Shown piece by piece: positions 49,283 to 61,808 of a stretch of DNA of 64,000 bases. The stretch's first letter is position 1. Each line of letters opens with the position of its first letter. The notes under the pieces are model-generated. The model did no database searches and was not told the origin of the DNA. It saw nothing but the letters and a program-made list of their open reading frames with translations. Source of the stretch: Selaginella moellendorffii (Eukaryota; Plantae; Lycopodiophyta); the NCBI RefSeq assembly GCF_000143415.4, contig NW_003314311.1, forward strand, positions 814,769 to 878,768. The letters are read 5' to 3'. Made by a program: the position numbers and the translations under genes.

Positions 49283-52200
49283 TCATATACCGTACTTAGC
49301 CCGGCAATTGAGTTCATTCCAAGCAACTTTGTTGGAGCTTCGCGAGATAGCCACGCAGAACGTCCGGCTCCATTTTTGCCTGCTTGAGCGTAAGCAGCCT
49401 TTGCGCAACGTGGTAATCCTTTTGCAGGGATCTCCCGGTTGATGACAGCCTATATGTTTCCAGGGCTTTTGACTCCTGCGACGGCGAGGCACTGTGAATA
49501 TCACATTTACATTAATGTGCAAGCTGCTTACCCTGCTCTCGAGAGCATCGATCACTCTCCTGGCCCCTTGAATCACCGAAGGCGGTAGGCCCACAACGTT
49601 TGACAGCAGTAACCCGTAGTGCGCGATACTCGTGCAGCCCTCTCGGAGCGTAAACTGATCCAGCCACCGGTAAGAACACCAATCAATCTTTCACAAGCTT
49701 TTTAAGATACCTCAAAGTTGAGACGGTTGTTATTGATATTGACAGCAAAAAAAGACACCTTCACGTTTGGATAGATCGTGGACAGTTCTCCAAGCTTCTG
49801 CATGTGCGTTGCAAAAATGACGTACCTGCAGACAGGAACAAGGAATGAGAACCACAATCAGTAATTCGATCTCGTTTTACGCTTACGCCTTCAGCGACAG
49901 TAAGTACTCACTGAAACTCCAGGCTAGAGCCAGTCCATCGTAAGATGAGGTTGATCGACCAAGCTCATCGATAAGAATTAAGCTCCTGGACCAAAATGGT
50001 TTTAGTGCAAATAGAGAAAAGCCTCTTCCATACCTGGGAGTCACATTCTGCACAAAGTATGCAGCCTCCCGCATTTCCCTCATGAACTATACAATAGACG
50101 TAAGAAACTCAAGCGGTATCAAAACTTGGAAGTCTGCTCACGGTACTGGAGTTCATCTCCATGTCGTCAGCTTCCCCGATTCTGGTGAACAGTCGGTCCA
50201 CCACTCTAAACGAGGCGAATTGAGCGGGAACGTAGCATCCAATATGTGCTAGTATGGTTATAAGGGCGACTTGATGCAGATACGTACTTTTCCCGCTCCT
50301 ACAAAGACATGAAATGAAAGTGAAAAATATCACAATGGTAAGAATCCATACATGTTAGGACCTGTGACGATAACCATATTCGATGCTTCGGATAGGAAAG
50401 TATTGTTTGCCTACATTCACAATGCTGCAGATCTTAGTGACTAACATGTACAACTGTACACTCACCACAAAATCTCCAGAAGGAAGACTCTCCAGAATAG
50501 GATGCCTCCCGGTCTCAATTGCTATGGGCCCATCCTCTGTAAACAAACAGCACGTTAACAGCCATAAAGAAAACAGCAGATCCACTTACCAGTAAATTCT
50601 GGCCGAACGTAGCTACCAGCAGGCTTCAGCGAAACCATGGAAGCAAACGCTGTGATCATATCAATCAAGGAGAGAGACTCGCTGAGCAGCATCAAAGAAG
50701 GAACATGCTCCCTTATATCTTGGGTAAGAGCTGCACAGAAAGGAACTGTTAAAAGTCCCACACAACGAGGGTGATATTAACCTTCCAGGCAGTGTTCTGT
50801 CCTCGCATAACAATCATCCGCGGCCTTTTTGTTCCTGGTATTAAGCTTCCGAGTTTTTAAGCAATCAGATTAAATAAACTCGTAGGCAGACACTCACTGA
50901 GATTAACTCAATCGTAGAGCAGTGTACATATTTCGCATGCTTGACTACCTGCATAACTCCTATAATTACGAACGCAAGGCGAGATGTACCTGGATAAACG
51001 TTTTGGGAAGGCCAGCTTGCTCAAACTCAGCCACTGGAATGCTAATAGAAAAGCCTTTCGACTTATTATAAAGCAACTTTAGACTCGGAAGCTGAAAGTT
51101 TTCGCGGTATGACTTTGCGAGGCAATGAATCGCTGTAGTCACATACAACAGTGAACGAAATTGCATAATAAATCCGACCTTCGCTTGTATCACAGAAGAT
51201 CTTTCGGGCAACATCCAGAAAACCGTCGATTCCTGGTTTCACTGCAAAACACTGTTGAGTTCGAGCAACGAAAGGCATCCTGGCGTTAAAAACGTCTTCA
51301 GAGATAGTTTCCTGTATTCTGCGACAAAGAATAAAATCAGACACGAAATTGAAAGTTATACAGAACCTCTGCTTTATAAAAGAAAAGCATTGCCGCATGC
51401 AAACTGTTTGTTTGACGCGTTGGAAAAACGTACTCTCTGCATCTTGAAGAACCTAAACATCAAAGAAGAATCAGATATGCAGGCATACAAGGGACCCACC
51501 TGGAGCAGCGCAGGGAGAAGTTCCATTGCTTCTTTGAGGAGTATAACACTCGCTACCACCGACTGACTCCTTGAAGATCCTTCACCGAGCTTCTTTGGCT
51601 TGAAGCAAAAGTGAGAGATGACCCTGTCTGTGAGAAATGAACGTTAACTTAAAATCGCGACAGGAAGATGTCTTACCAAGATCTTTTGGGAATCTTTGAA
51701 GCACCTGATTCAACCCAAAGAAAAGGTTCTCCTTGCTTGTTAACTCGTCCTGCATGAAGGAAGCCGTAGAATCCAAAAGTCCGAGCAGATATCCACGTTA
51801 ACCATGCAATCGAGACGTGTGTTGATGGTGTCCATGTCTCTTAAAGGCTGTAGGAGGTTCGCACGAAGAAGTCTCGCGCTGAAACTAAAAATGTATTAGA
51901 AAGAAGAGCCACGATGCCGCACGACTAACCCTCCAGTTGATTTTGTCTTGCTCAATATCCCAAACAGGCTTCCGCATTTCTTCAGTTTATTAATCGGTGC
52001 CAGAGCACTCGACTCGATCACTTGAAGGCTCTGCACGCTATTTAAATTTTGAAAAAGTGAGTGCGAACAGCTCATTGAAAATGACTTACTTACCTTGTAA
52101 TGTCTATGCTCATGTGGTCTGCCGAACCTTTGAATGTAATCTAGTAAAATATCCAAGTCACTACAATTTGATGCCAAACGATGAAACATACCCGCAGGGA

Positions 52201-52908
52201 ATTGTTCGTGAGCAAGACACCTTTCTCACTTTCGATCCTACAATGAAGGACGTAAAGCGGTGTTAATACTAAGAGTTCTTTACTCACCACTTAACAACAG
52301 CAGCGGCAGCACCGAGACAAAGATAGTACTGCTTGCTGTAGCCTTGAGACATACAAAGATTGGAATCTTTCAAAGCCAGGCTTTGGATCAAAAGGAGGCC
52401 CTGCATTGGCAAGTTCTATCCATGAGAAAACATAAAATAAAGGAAAGAAAGCACTAGAAAGATTCACTCACCTTTGTATCATCAAACCACTTTCGGGACA
52501 GCTCCACCTTAGAAATTTCGGTTAGACAAAAAGCAGCGAAGAACACACAGTACACGCACCTTTCGTGCGTCGGACCGGCTGCAAAAGGCTTTGAGAGCCA
52601 CGGACCCGGAAGAAAACGCCGGACTAGTCGCCGGAAGAATGAGCTCGGAGGGATTATAGAAATGGAGCATCGTCATCGTGTTCTGGAACGAGCGACTCGT
52701 CTCGATGTACTGCGAAAGATGCAGCGATGCTGTTCTCAGATCGAATGCCGCCAGTCCTACCTGAGAATCAAGCCCGAAATGTGATATTTCTCGCAGATCG
52801 ATCGATCGGTTGAAAGATTGATGAAATATGGCGAGATCTCACCTCCTTGGCCCTGTTCTCGATCACTCCTACCACAAAACCGGACGATCGCGCCGCCTGC
52901 TCGTCCAT
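49283..52908 (-). CDS. MSH4: MutS homolog 4 (meiotic crossover protein), many short introns
   Basis: N-terminus [22 protein letters not shown]|[22 protein letters not shown] (plant MSH4-type), [31 protein letters not shown], Walker A GPNM|[19 protein letters not shown] and IFATHMQKL. Confidence 0.95.
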
Positions 52909-53117
52909 GGCGCGCTCGCCTCGTCGATAAACCCTAGCAAGAGGCTACAAAAATTTGCATGTCTTTAAAACTTCTATGTTAGCAAGAAAAGCTTGATTAT
53001 AAGAAAACCTTTATGTGCCTAGTCAGTACATTTTTATAAGTAGCTAGATCTTTCCTAACACAAGAGAATGTATTATGTCAAGAACAAAAGCTCTCTTTTT
53101 TTTTCGACATTGGGTTC

Positions 53118-55212
53118 TCACCTCTCGCGATCGGACGCGGCTTGAACCTTCGCTGTCAAGTAAAATTGTGCAATCTGTAAACCCTCAGCTGTTCCCACCA
53201 ATGTCACCTTCCTGCTCACCGAAAAAAAAAAAGAAAAAAAGAAAACCAAGCGAGAGATGCTAAGTTGTTGATCGAGAACATACTTTGAAGACTCTCACCT
53301 ATTTTTTGTGCCTGAAACAAAATCCCCACGCTCTGAAATCTTGATAGTAACACCACTAGCCTGAAACAAGCACAAACAATGATCATGAATGAGAGTTTTG
53401 GAAGGAAAAGAGTGCGTCTCTTACCTGTTGAATCTCTCCGAGAGTCTTTCCGCCGCGACCAACAATGGCTCCAATGTGTTCGTCGGGAACAGCCAGCGTA
53501 ATGGAGGTCGTGACAGGGCAGGACTCGAGCACGGGAAGGAGCACCGGGTATGGCGCTCTCATAGGCAGTATTGGAGTCATCATCCCCTGGAAACAAAGAC
53601 GAGTTTAGATAGAACAATCGAAACAATTTGAAGCAAATCACTCACCTTGCTTGCAGGTCCTACGTTGGACGGAATGGCAGATGCGATGTTGCGGCCTACT
53701 CTGTTCTGTGGAAGTCCTATACACCCTGAAAAGATAAAAAAGAAAATAAATGTAGGACAGAGTGAGAAAGAGCAAGTTCATCTAGTTGGTACCTGTGTAA
53801 GAAAGAGGAGCTGCAGCATAATCAAGATAGCTAGAATCCCCGAGCAACTTCGTGAGAATAAGTTCCACGGCCTTGAGCTGCTGCTCAATGCTGCCTGTGA
53901 TGGTAACCAGGCGGTCACTAATTCCCTGTAGTATGCCGGACAGCTTAATGCTTGCTTCCGAGTCCTCGATGAATGATCTGGAAGAACGCTTGAACGAGAT
54001 TCCTCAAACAGAAAAAGCTTACTTGATGGTTCCACCCCCCTTGCCAATTATGGCTCCACAAACACTGTTTGGCACAACAAGTCGAAGTTGATTTGGCTTG
54101 CTATCAGTTTGGCTGTCGTCTTCCGTCTGAAGAAAACGAAGACGATAGCAACGATCAGTCATAGGCCTAGTTGACGAAAACGAGGAGGGCATACCTCTTT
54201 CTGGATCTTAGAAAGAATAAGGTTAAGAGCCGTGAGAACATCGTTGATAGCTCCACTGAGAACTACAACGCGGTCTGTTGTTCCCGGAAAAAAATCCTGG
54301 CTACGAGAGAGCTGGATGCGAGCTCCCGACTGTGACTGCAAATCGCTTATAGTCGCGCCTCCTTTGCCTATGACAGATCCAGCCTCCGCATTGGAGACAA
54401 GAAACCTGGCACTCGACTGGGAGCCATTGCCATCCTCTGCCACCCAGAAAGAAGAAAAAATGTGAGTTGTTTGTGCAAACCTCGAGAAAAACAGAGGGAA
54501 AGAACAAGCATCAAAGGAAAATTCCACGCCTAAAGAAAAAGAAACTTTCACTGCACGCGAAACAAGCAGGGACGCAAGAGGAAAGAGCGAAAAGCGTGAA
54601 AGAAGGAACCAAAAGCATGGGCGAAACTTGCGAGAAAGGAGATCGAGCGAGCTAGAGCAGAGATCTGGAAACCCAATTCACTCCACTCTCACCCGAGGAG
54701 GACTTCATGGAGCCCCCGCGAGCGCGCTTGGGGCTTCCTCCGCGCGGCTCCGGCGACATGCCCCGCTCCATCATCATCGTGTCCTGCGAATGCTGCTGGA
54801 AATGCTGCTGCTGCTGCTGCTGCTGCTGCGGGGAGTGATGATGCTGCTCGTGGTGCTCGTGGTGGTGGTGGTGATGATGCGAAGAATCGCGCTCCCTCTC
54901 CTCGCGGCGCCGCCTCCGCCGAAAATGTTGCTCCTGCTGGAACTGCTGCTGCTGCTGCTGCTGGTGCCGATCGCCGTCCCGCCGTGGCAGATCTTGCTGC
55001 TGGTAGAGATTAGGGGGCGGCGGCGGCGGATTATGATGGAAAGAGGGGAGATTTTGGTGGAATCTGAGCTGCTCCGGCTGATCAGCATCACTCCAGGGCT
55101 CCTGTGCCTCCTCCTCCTCGTGTCCCTCTTCCTCCTCCTCCTCCTCCTCCTCCAGCTGATCTTGATCCTCCTCCGCCGCCACCGCCACAGCGATCTCCGC
55201 CTCCTCCGCCAC
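53118..55212 (-). CDS. Triple-KH RNA-binding protein, BTR1/NOVA-like, with a long E/Q/H/P-rich N-terminus
   Basis: KH motifs [36 protein letters not shown] and [19 protein letters not shown]; last exon [17 protein letters not shown]...* (TGA 53120-53118). Start codon uncertain. Confidence 0.88.
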
Positions 55213-55460
55213 CGCTCTCGTCGCACGGATCCTCCTCCCGCATTCGCTGCCCTGCTAGCCCTAATCCCAAGCCCTAAAACCGCACAGCACTTAATGTGAT
55301 GATTTAAACCCTTAATAATTCCAGGTGGACAAATAAAAAAGATCCCCATTTCGAAATACGAAAAGCCCGGAAAAATAGAAATAATTCGTCGAATATATCC
55401 TTTCGGAATCATGCAAAAAAAAAAAATTAAAGAAAAAGTCAGTTTGACTGCCACACCCAC

Positions 55461-55490
55461 ATCGCGGCCGTCCGACTGGACGGCCGCGAT
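55461..55490. other. Perfect 13-bp GC-rich inverted repeat in the divergent promoter region
   Basis: ATCGCGGCCGTCC-GACT-GGACGGCCGCGAT. Confidence 0.9.
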
Positions 55491-55862
55491 CGCCCCTTGT
55501 CCGGGTCAACAATAAAGCAGGGAGCATCCATATCTCCTCATCGTGCCAATTTAATAAAGGAAGGAAAAGGAAGGAAAAGGAAGGCATATCACCACTCACT
55601 CACATTCTCTCCCCGTTGTTGCGTTACACGGTTAAGTGTTTGCTTTACTTTTCTTTCTTCTCCCAAGTTCCGCGATGACACGCTTCACGGCACTTAAATG
55701 TTCTTGTCATCGCCCAAAACTGCCAAAGCGATCAACAGTGAGACGAGCAAACCTGGATTATAAATCCCACCCAGACCTCCTCCTCCTCCTCCGTTCTAGT
55801 TCTCCTTTTTCGCAGCGCTCTTCTTTTTTTCTCTCTTATCTGGTTCTTCCAGCCGCGAGGCG

Positions 55863-56802
55863 ATGGCGAGCAGCAGCAGCAGCAGCAGCAGCGCGAGCTT
55901 CTCGTCCCTGATGCAGCCACAAGTCAGTCGCAGCAGCGGCAGCAAAAGGAAGAACTTGCGAACGAGATCGGGAAGAACAGGTACTTACCACAAACACGAT
56001 CTCTCTTGTGCCGAAGTAGCTGAAAAATTTAAGCTTTTGTCCACTCCCAGTCCGGATAAGCTGCGAGAAGTCCTCGGAAGAAATGCGAGATGTCAAAACT
56101 CTCGTCCCACCAAGTGGCGGCAGCTTTAGAAAGCAGCTCACCTCCATGCCGTGCTCGTCGGGATTCCGCGACTGGAGGAGCTTCCGAGCGGCGCTGCTGA
56201 TGAACGAGGCGGGGCAGCAGCAGCAGCAGCAGCCTCATCAAGCTTGGGCTCACCAGATCTCGTGCCTGGAGCCGGGCTCCGTGCTCGTCGCCACCAGCGC
56301 CGTGCAAAGGCACTCTTTGTTCCAAAACTCGGTGGTTCTCATCATCCAGTCCAGCGAGAGCTCTTGCAAGGGCCTCATTCTCAACAAGCTCATGCCTTTC
56401 CCTGTGGACGACGTCCCGTTGATGGAGCCCGACGCGATTCGCTTGGCCGAGCTTACGTGTCCCGCGTTTGTGGCCGGGCCGCACTTCCCGTTTTCCTACA
56501 AGCCACAAGTCCACTTGTTAACGTCCAGCAATCACTTGCGAGGCTACAGAACGCTCACAGATGGACTTTACCTCGGCCAAAGTCACACGCTGAGATCGAC
56601 CGTGAGCAGCGTCCAGCGCGGCCTTGTGGATCCGGAGGACGTCCGGATCCTCGTCAACGAGGTGGAGTGGGAGCGGCAGCAGCTGGAGGTGGAGATCCGG
56701 GCCTCCAACTGGTGGAAGATCTTGTCTTGCAGCAGCGACACGCTGCTTCAAGTTCCAGCGTCTCAGCTGTGGAGAAGTTTGACTAGGCACCTCGAGCAAT
56801 AG
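55863..56802 (+). CDS. DUF179 (UPF0301/AlgH/YqgE-like) protein with Ser-rich putative transit peptide
   Basis: Exons 55863-55980 and 56051-56802 join in frame. Motifs DWRSFRAALL, WAHQISCLEPGSVLVAT, FQNSVVLII, GLILNK and WERQQLEVEI...WW. Confidence 0.85.
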
Positions 56803-57063
56803 CAGAGATTCGATCGTATCCCGTGTTGTACAAAGCTGGCCTGCACAATGGAAGAGCACAGTGTCAGTCTCGCACAAAAAGTATAGCAACGCGATAAGGT
56901 ACACGTTGCAGTGGAGGCATTGTAGCTTTAGCGAGGACCGAAAGAACAGGCCAGGCACACAAAAGCAAGCAAGGAAAAAGCGCAGCCAGAGTGTTAGAAA
57001 ACGAGCAACGAGTTTTATTTGTAGACTTCCAGCTTACACACTCACGAAATACTTACGACACCG

Positions 57064-57409
57064 TCAATCCGCTTCTGGGACATCGAGCAGAGTCTCGGTG
57101 GCGTTTTCCTTTGCGAGAGTTTCCTGGCAGAGCGACAATTGGTTTCGCAAACTTCTTACGAGCTGAGTGAGTGTGTGGATTTGTTTCTCCTGTAGGAATA
57201 TGATCTGTGAAGAAAGCGAAGTTTGTCCGGCTTTCTTTCTACCAGGAAAGTGTAAAGAATACCTGTTCGTTAACTTGGTGGCTGGATGCGTGTAGCGCTC
57301 TAGGGGGTGGTTCTGCCTCGGGCTCAATCTTTACTTGTTGGAGCCACTCCGTTTGAGAGGAGAAAATCAAAAACAGGAGCACTAGAGCAAGCACCATAGG
57401 CCTGGACAT
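57064..57409 (-). CDS. Small (95-aa) protein with N-terminal signal/TM segment and a coiled coil
   Basis: Exons 57409-57263 and 57204-57064 join in frame: MSRPMVLALVLLFLIFSSQTEWLQQ...QVNEQ|IIFLQEKQIHTLTQLVRSLRNQLSLC... Confidence 0.75.
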
Positions 57410-59792
57410 CCTTATCGTGCCTACATGAACAAAATAGGAAAGAAATCGATCAACGAAAATGCGAGAAACCACAAACAAGCATCTCAACACAAACGAAAAA
57501 ATTTGATAAAGGATCACAAGAAAAATCGGTCCCGATAGGGTTTGAAATGTGATCGCGACGAGTAGCGCCTAGACGATTGAATCAGTGGCAGGGAAAACAT
57601 ACCTCATGAAACTCAAGATCAAGGCGCCGCGATCTCGTCGTCTCCTCCAGCATCGCCGCAGAGTGAAGACCGCCTAGATGAAGTTCCAGGTTCGAACCTC
57701 AACACTATGTAAGATGATTATATTTAATGTTTTATATGATAATATGATATTTATGACTTTAAATCTATAATATAATATTTTATGCAAAAGGTTTTAAAAA
57801 ATAAATCAGTAATAATGATTTAAAATAGAAATAAAAGAATGAAGTTAAATATCTCATTTCAAATGATAAAACCACAAAACCTAAGAAATTATTAATAAAT
57901 TAAATCAAAATATATATTGTTGTGAGGTCCAAGTGTATGGCTACAATACAATATTAGCGTAGTGGGATTTTGGTAGCTATTAAATTGGTTTCAATTTGAA
58001 TATATAAGCTAGGGTTTCCAAGTTAATTGATATGTATATTTCTGTATTCCATTTCTATATTCCATGTACTCATATTGGTGGAGATGAAAGGCAACTTTGA
58101 TTGTCTTTAAGGAGTATGTGGTGAAACACTAATAAAACTCTACACCCTTATAATGTACATATATCAAAGAGATGGCAAATAACTATTTCAATTTGAATGC
58201 TGAAAGTTCATATATTTTGCAGTTATCTCTTTGAAGGTCCGAACAAGTCATTCCACTAAATCATTTAACTGTGGATGATAATCACTCGTGAAAGTGTGGT
58301 GTATCTTCAATTAAGATATTAAAACATAAAATACCTTAACCATAAATGCGAGACTATTATTTGAAAGAATCTACTCCAGATAGAAATACTAGAGCACCAC
58401 TTGATCCAATAAAAGTTATAAATGCCCTAACAAGAACACCGACTTCCACTTAGTGAGTCAAGTAGTCAAAAAAAATAATCACATACTTATTGCCAACAGT
58501 CGATTGTGGAAAAGGCCCTATTAAGTCAAACACCACTGACTTAAATAGATAAGAAATTGCAATTGACTCCAATCGTCTTTCTATAATATAAGGGGGAGTA
58601 TTAAGAGTTTGGCACCACATGCAGTTGATAATATCACATCATATCTTCCATTAATAGAAAGGCCTATGTAGCTTTTTAGTTACACAATAATATCCTATAT
58701 GCCCACCTAAAATAAGAGAATCATGGTAGGTATGAAGAAAGTGTGGAATAAAGATTAAAGGCATCACTAACTATAAATGATCATTAAGATCCGTCCCCAC
58801 AAAATAAAAAAGATTATCTTTAAAGTGATATTGAGAATGTAATTATCAAAATGGTAAGTCATTAGTAAGTAATGTAGAATTTTTAAACCTATCACGAAAC
58901 TTTTGAATCCATAGCTCAATATTTTGAGCCTCATGAACCTCATCAAGAGCAGGTATATCTTGCCTTGCACCTTATGGACACTGAACATCAAGTATAACAA
59001 TTGATGATGGCATGGAATCCTTGTTTAAAAAATCCAAAGATATTGTAATAACAAACTCGTCATAAACATGAGAAGAGAGTGAGAAGGAAGAGAAGCTCAA
59101 GAAAGAGCATTAGCATCAGCCATAGAACTCCTCAGACGATAAATAACATCAAAATCATATATCTAAAGCTTCAAAACCCACCAAACAGTACAACTAACCA
59201 AGTTCTTCTACTTCAATAATGAAGTAATTGCAGCATGATTACCTTTTAGTAATGTCCAAGAACCATATGAATATGCATGAAATTTCTCAAAATCCCAAAC
59301 TATTGCTAAACACTCCTTCTTTGTCATGAAATAGTTCACGTCTACTGGTTGTAATATACAGCTAATATATATAATGGGATGGCGCTAATTAGACACACTC
59401 AAGCTCTTTTGCATCAACACACCTCCAAGACTGATATTAGAAGGATCCATGTGCAAACTGAAAAGTCAAGTATAGTTAGAATACACCAAAACTACAAGAG
59501 TCATCAATATCTCTTTAAGATTAGTAAACACTTGCTCACAATCCATAGATTAAATGAAAAATGACATTAATAACTTCAACAACACTCATAATGATGCAAT
59601 GCAATAAAAAAGATGATTAGCAAAATGACCAAAATATTGCACCTTGCCCAGGAAGGGCCACACATCATTTACATACTTTGGAATAGGAAATTTTAGAACA
59701 ACCATAAGTTTGTTAGGATCAACTTGTAAGCCCTCACAAGAAATGCGGTACACAAAATAAGTCATGTCCTTAGACCTAAACATGCACTTCGA

Positions 59793-61230
59793 TGAAATTT
59801 GTATGTACTATTCCCCAATGCCCCTAAAACAACAGCGAGAGCGCACTCTTAGAGAGACTAGCGAGACTACGAGCATGGATGCCCGGCGCTGCCCATGGGC
59901 CGTCCACCTCCTAGGTGACTCCACTGCGAAGGTTGAAGCCACCTGCTACGCTCCATGGCTAGCACAACTTGCCATAGAGCGCTCCTCCACCAACGTGCCT
60001 CCAGTGCCAGAACAACGTCCAAACGCGATAATACTCCAACTCGTAGCTCCATGCGAGGTGTGAACGTCCTCCAACTCAAGGCTGGAGTGTGCTACTTTGC
60101 CTCCCACACAAGACAAGTGCGCTAGCTCATCTTCGAATGAGTCCTAGCCCCTGCAATAGGAACTAGGAAAGGGCACGAACCTCCTCCTAAGGGAGTGAAC
60201 TCCAGAGTAGGCATTGGAGGAGAGATGTATGGATCCCCCACGCGTGTACCGCCGCATCGACTCTGTTGGCCGCTGGTCCCAATTGTGGCAGCAGTCCCTA
60301 CCACTGGGTCCAAAAATCCTCCCTTCTCGATCTTCCTCAAAGCGAGACACCGTGCGTGGTCATCCAAAGAGAATCCAGAAAGCTGGGAACTTTTTCAAGT
60401 CCCAGTTGCTCCAAGTCACCCCTAAAGCGACATCCAGCTCCACCAATCCTTGACCGCTACCGCCATCGTCACGTAGATCGCATAGATCTTGGCAAAGAGC
60501 CCCATTTCTAGGGCTTTTGCAACTGTCCTTCCACTGTCGAGATGCCCAAAAACCCTAACCCTAGCTACTGCCCAAGAACCCTAATTCCAGAGCGCGAGCT
60601 AGGGTTGTCCAGATCTCCTGGATCCCAGATTTGAATGAAGCGCTGCTGCTGGGAGTGCTGCTCGCCACTCCCTAGATGCCAGCCGTGAAGTCGAAACGAG
60701 AATTTGAGCGAAAACCAAGCCGTGGGAGAGAAAAGAGGAAAAAAAGAGCCTGTCCTTTGCCATAGTCACTCCGGTGAAGTGAGTGGAGGACTGGTGAAGC
60801 TGGCGATGTCCCTTTTCCTCGCCTCTATCGCTCCCACAACTCGATTTCCCCCAAGAACCGAAAGCCCCAAATCTTGAAAGCTTGCAAACCTTAGCCGATG
60901 CTGCAACTAGGGTGAGCGAGATCTCCAGATCCGTGGCAGATCTCGCTGCACCATTGTAGGAGGACATGATGCTCCACTCCTACAAGCCCCCCATCGAAGG
61001 AATCGAGAAAACTCCTACCCGTTTGGGAGAAATCGAGATTCAAGCGCCGAGATGCTTCTTTCGAGAGAAGAGAGGAAGAGGAGGAAGGAGGAGAGCCCTG
61101 CGTGCTGCTGCCACGGCACATGCGTTGCTGCTGCCGTCCTCTGCGCTCCCTCCCTCTCCTCCTCACACTCTCTCTCTAGTGCCTTCTAACTCACTCTCAA
61201 AACTTAGAACTTTAGGTCCCTTAGGTCCCT
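59793..61230. mobile_element. Unclassified 1.44-kb GC-rich insertion with an 18-bp target-site duplication in the element D RT
   Basis: CCTAAACATGCACTTCGA at 59775-59792 and 61231-61248. Removing the insert restores RT ...LKLKRSKCMFRSKDMTYF... Confidence 0.8.
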
Positions 61231-61447
61231 CCTAAACATGCACTTCGACCGCTTTAACTTTAAACCAATTTCCCATAACTGATTCAACACCTTTCAACCA
61301 TCACGGACATGTTCCTCCTATGTCTCTTTCGAGTGAATCAAGTTATCATCAATGAAATCAGCAGTCACTTCTGGCATATCGCAAAGAACCTTGTCCATCA
61401 AAAGTTGATGGAGTATTGTTCAAAACAAATGTTATCACCAAGAACTC

Positions 61448-61808
61448 TGTCAAGACCCCCAATAAGATCAAGATTGGAAAATGTAAAAGGCAAAGAGAAA
61501 AGCTAATAGAGACAAAGAAGAGGCCTTAGACTGGCATTAATTCAGATTGTGGAGAAATAGAACAAGGCTAACCTATATATACTATAGGTTGATGAAGCTC
61601 CACCACTCTTGGATCGAGGACAGCCTAAATATAGCTGAGGTTGAGGAGGCACCACATCATCATCAGAAATGTGGTTTGAGAATCAAGAATCATATGGGAA
61701 ATTAGAGAGTCAGGAATAGGGAAGTGTCTCGAGAGTCAAGAATGTGGTCTATGGGTCAGGAATTCAGTGAGAGTCAGGAATGTGGTAAAAATTGGGGGAT
61801 TCCTAACA
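61448..61808. mobile_element. Solo LTR (361 bp) inserted in the element D RT
   Basis: TGTCAAGACCCCC...GGGGATTCCTAACA with perfect TSD AACTC (61443-61447/61809-61813). Removal restores GLYEFLVITFVLNNTPSTF. Confidence 0.88.

Noticed and set aside
54628-55460. Long alternative-frame and antisense ORFs over the KH gene, and similar ones over the MYND, DUF179 and Pro-rich genes
   Set aside because: By-products of GC-rich trinucleotide-repeat coding sequence that lacks stops.
57680-57705. B-box-like GGTTCGAACC, suggesting a tRNA or SINE
   Set aside because: No cloverleaf, clear A box, tail or TSD.
57950-58620. Possible Ty1/copia RNase H remnant with PPT AGGGGGAG at ~58591
   Set aside because: Motifs are too eroded to support by eye, and no second LTR or TSD was found.
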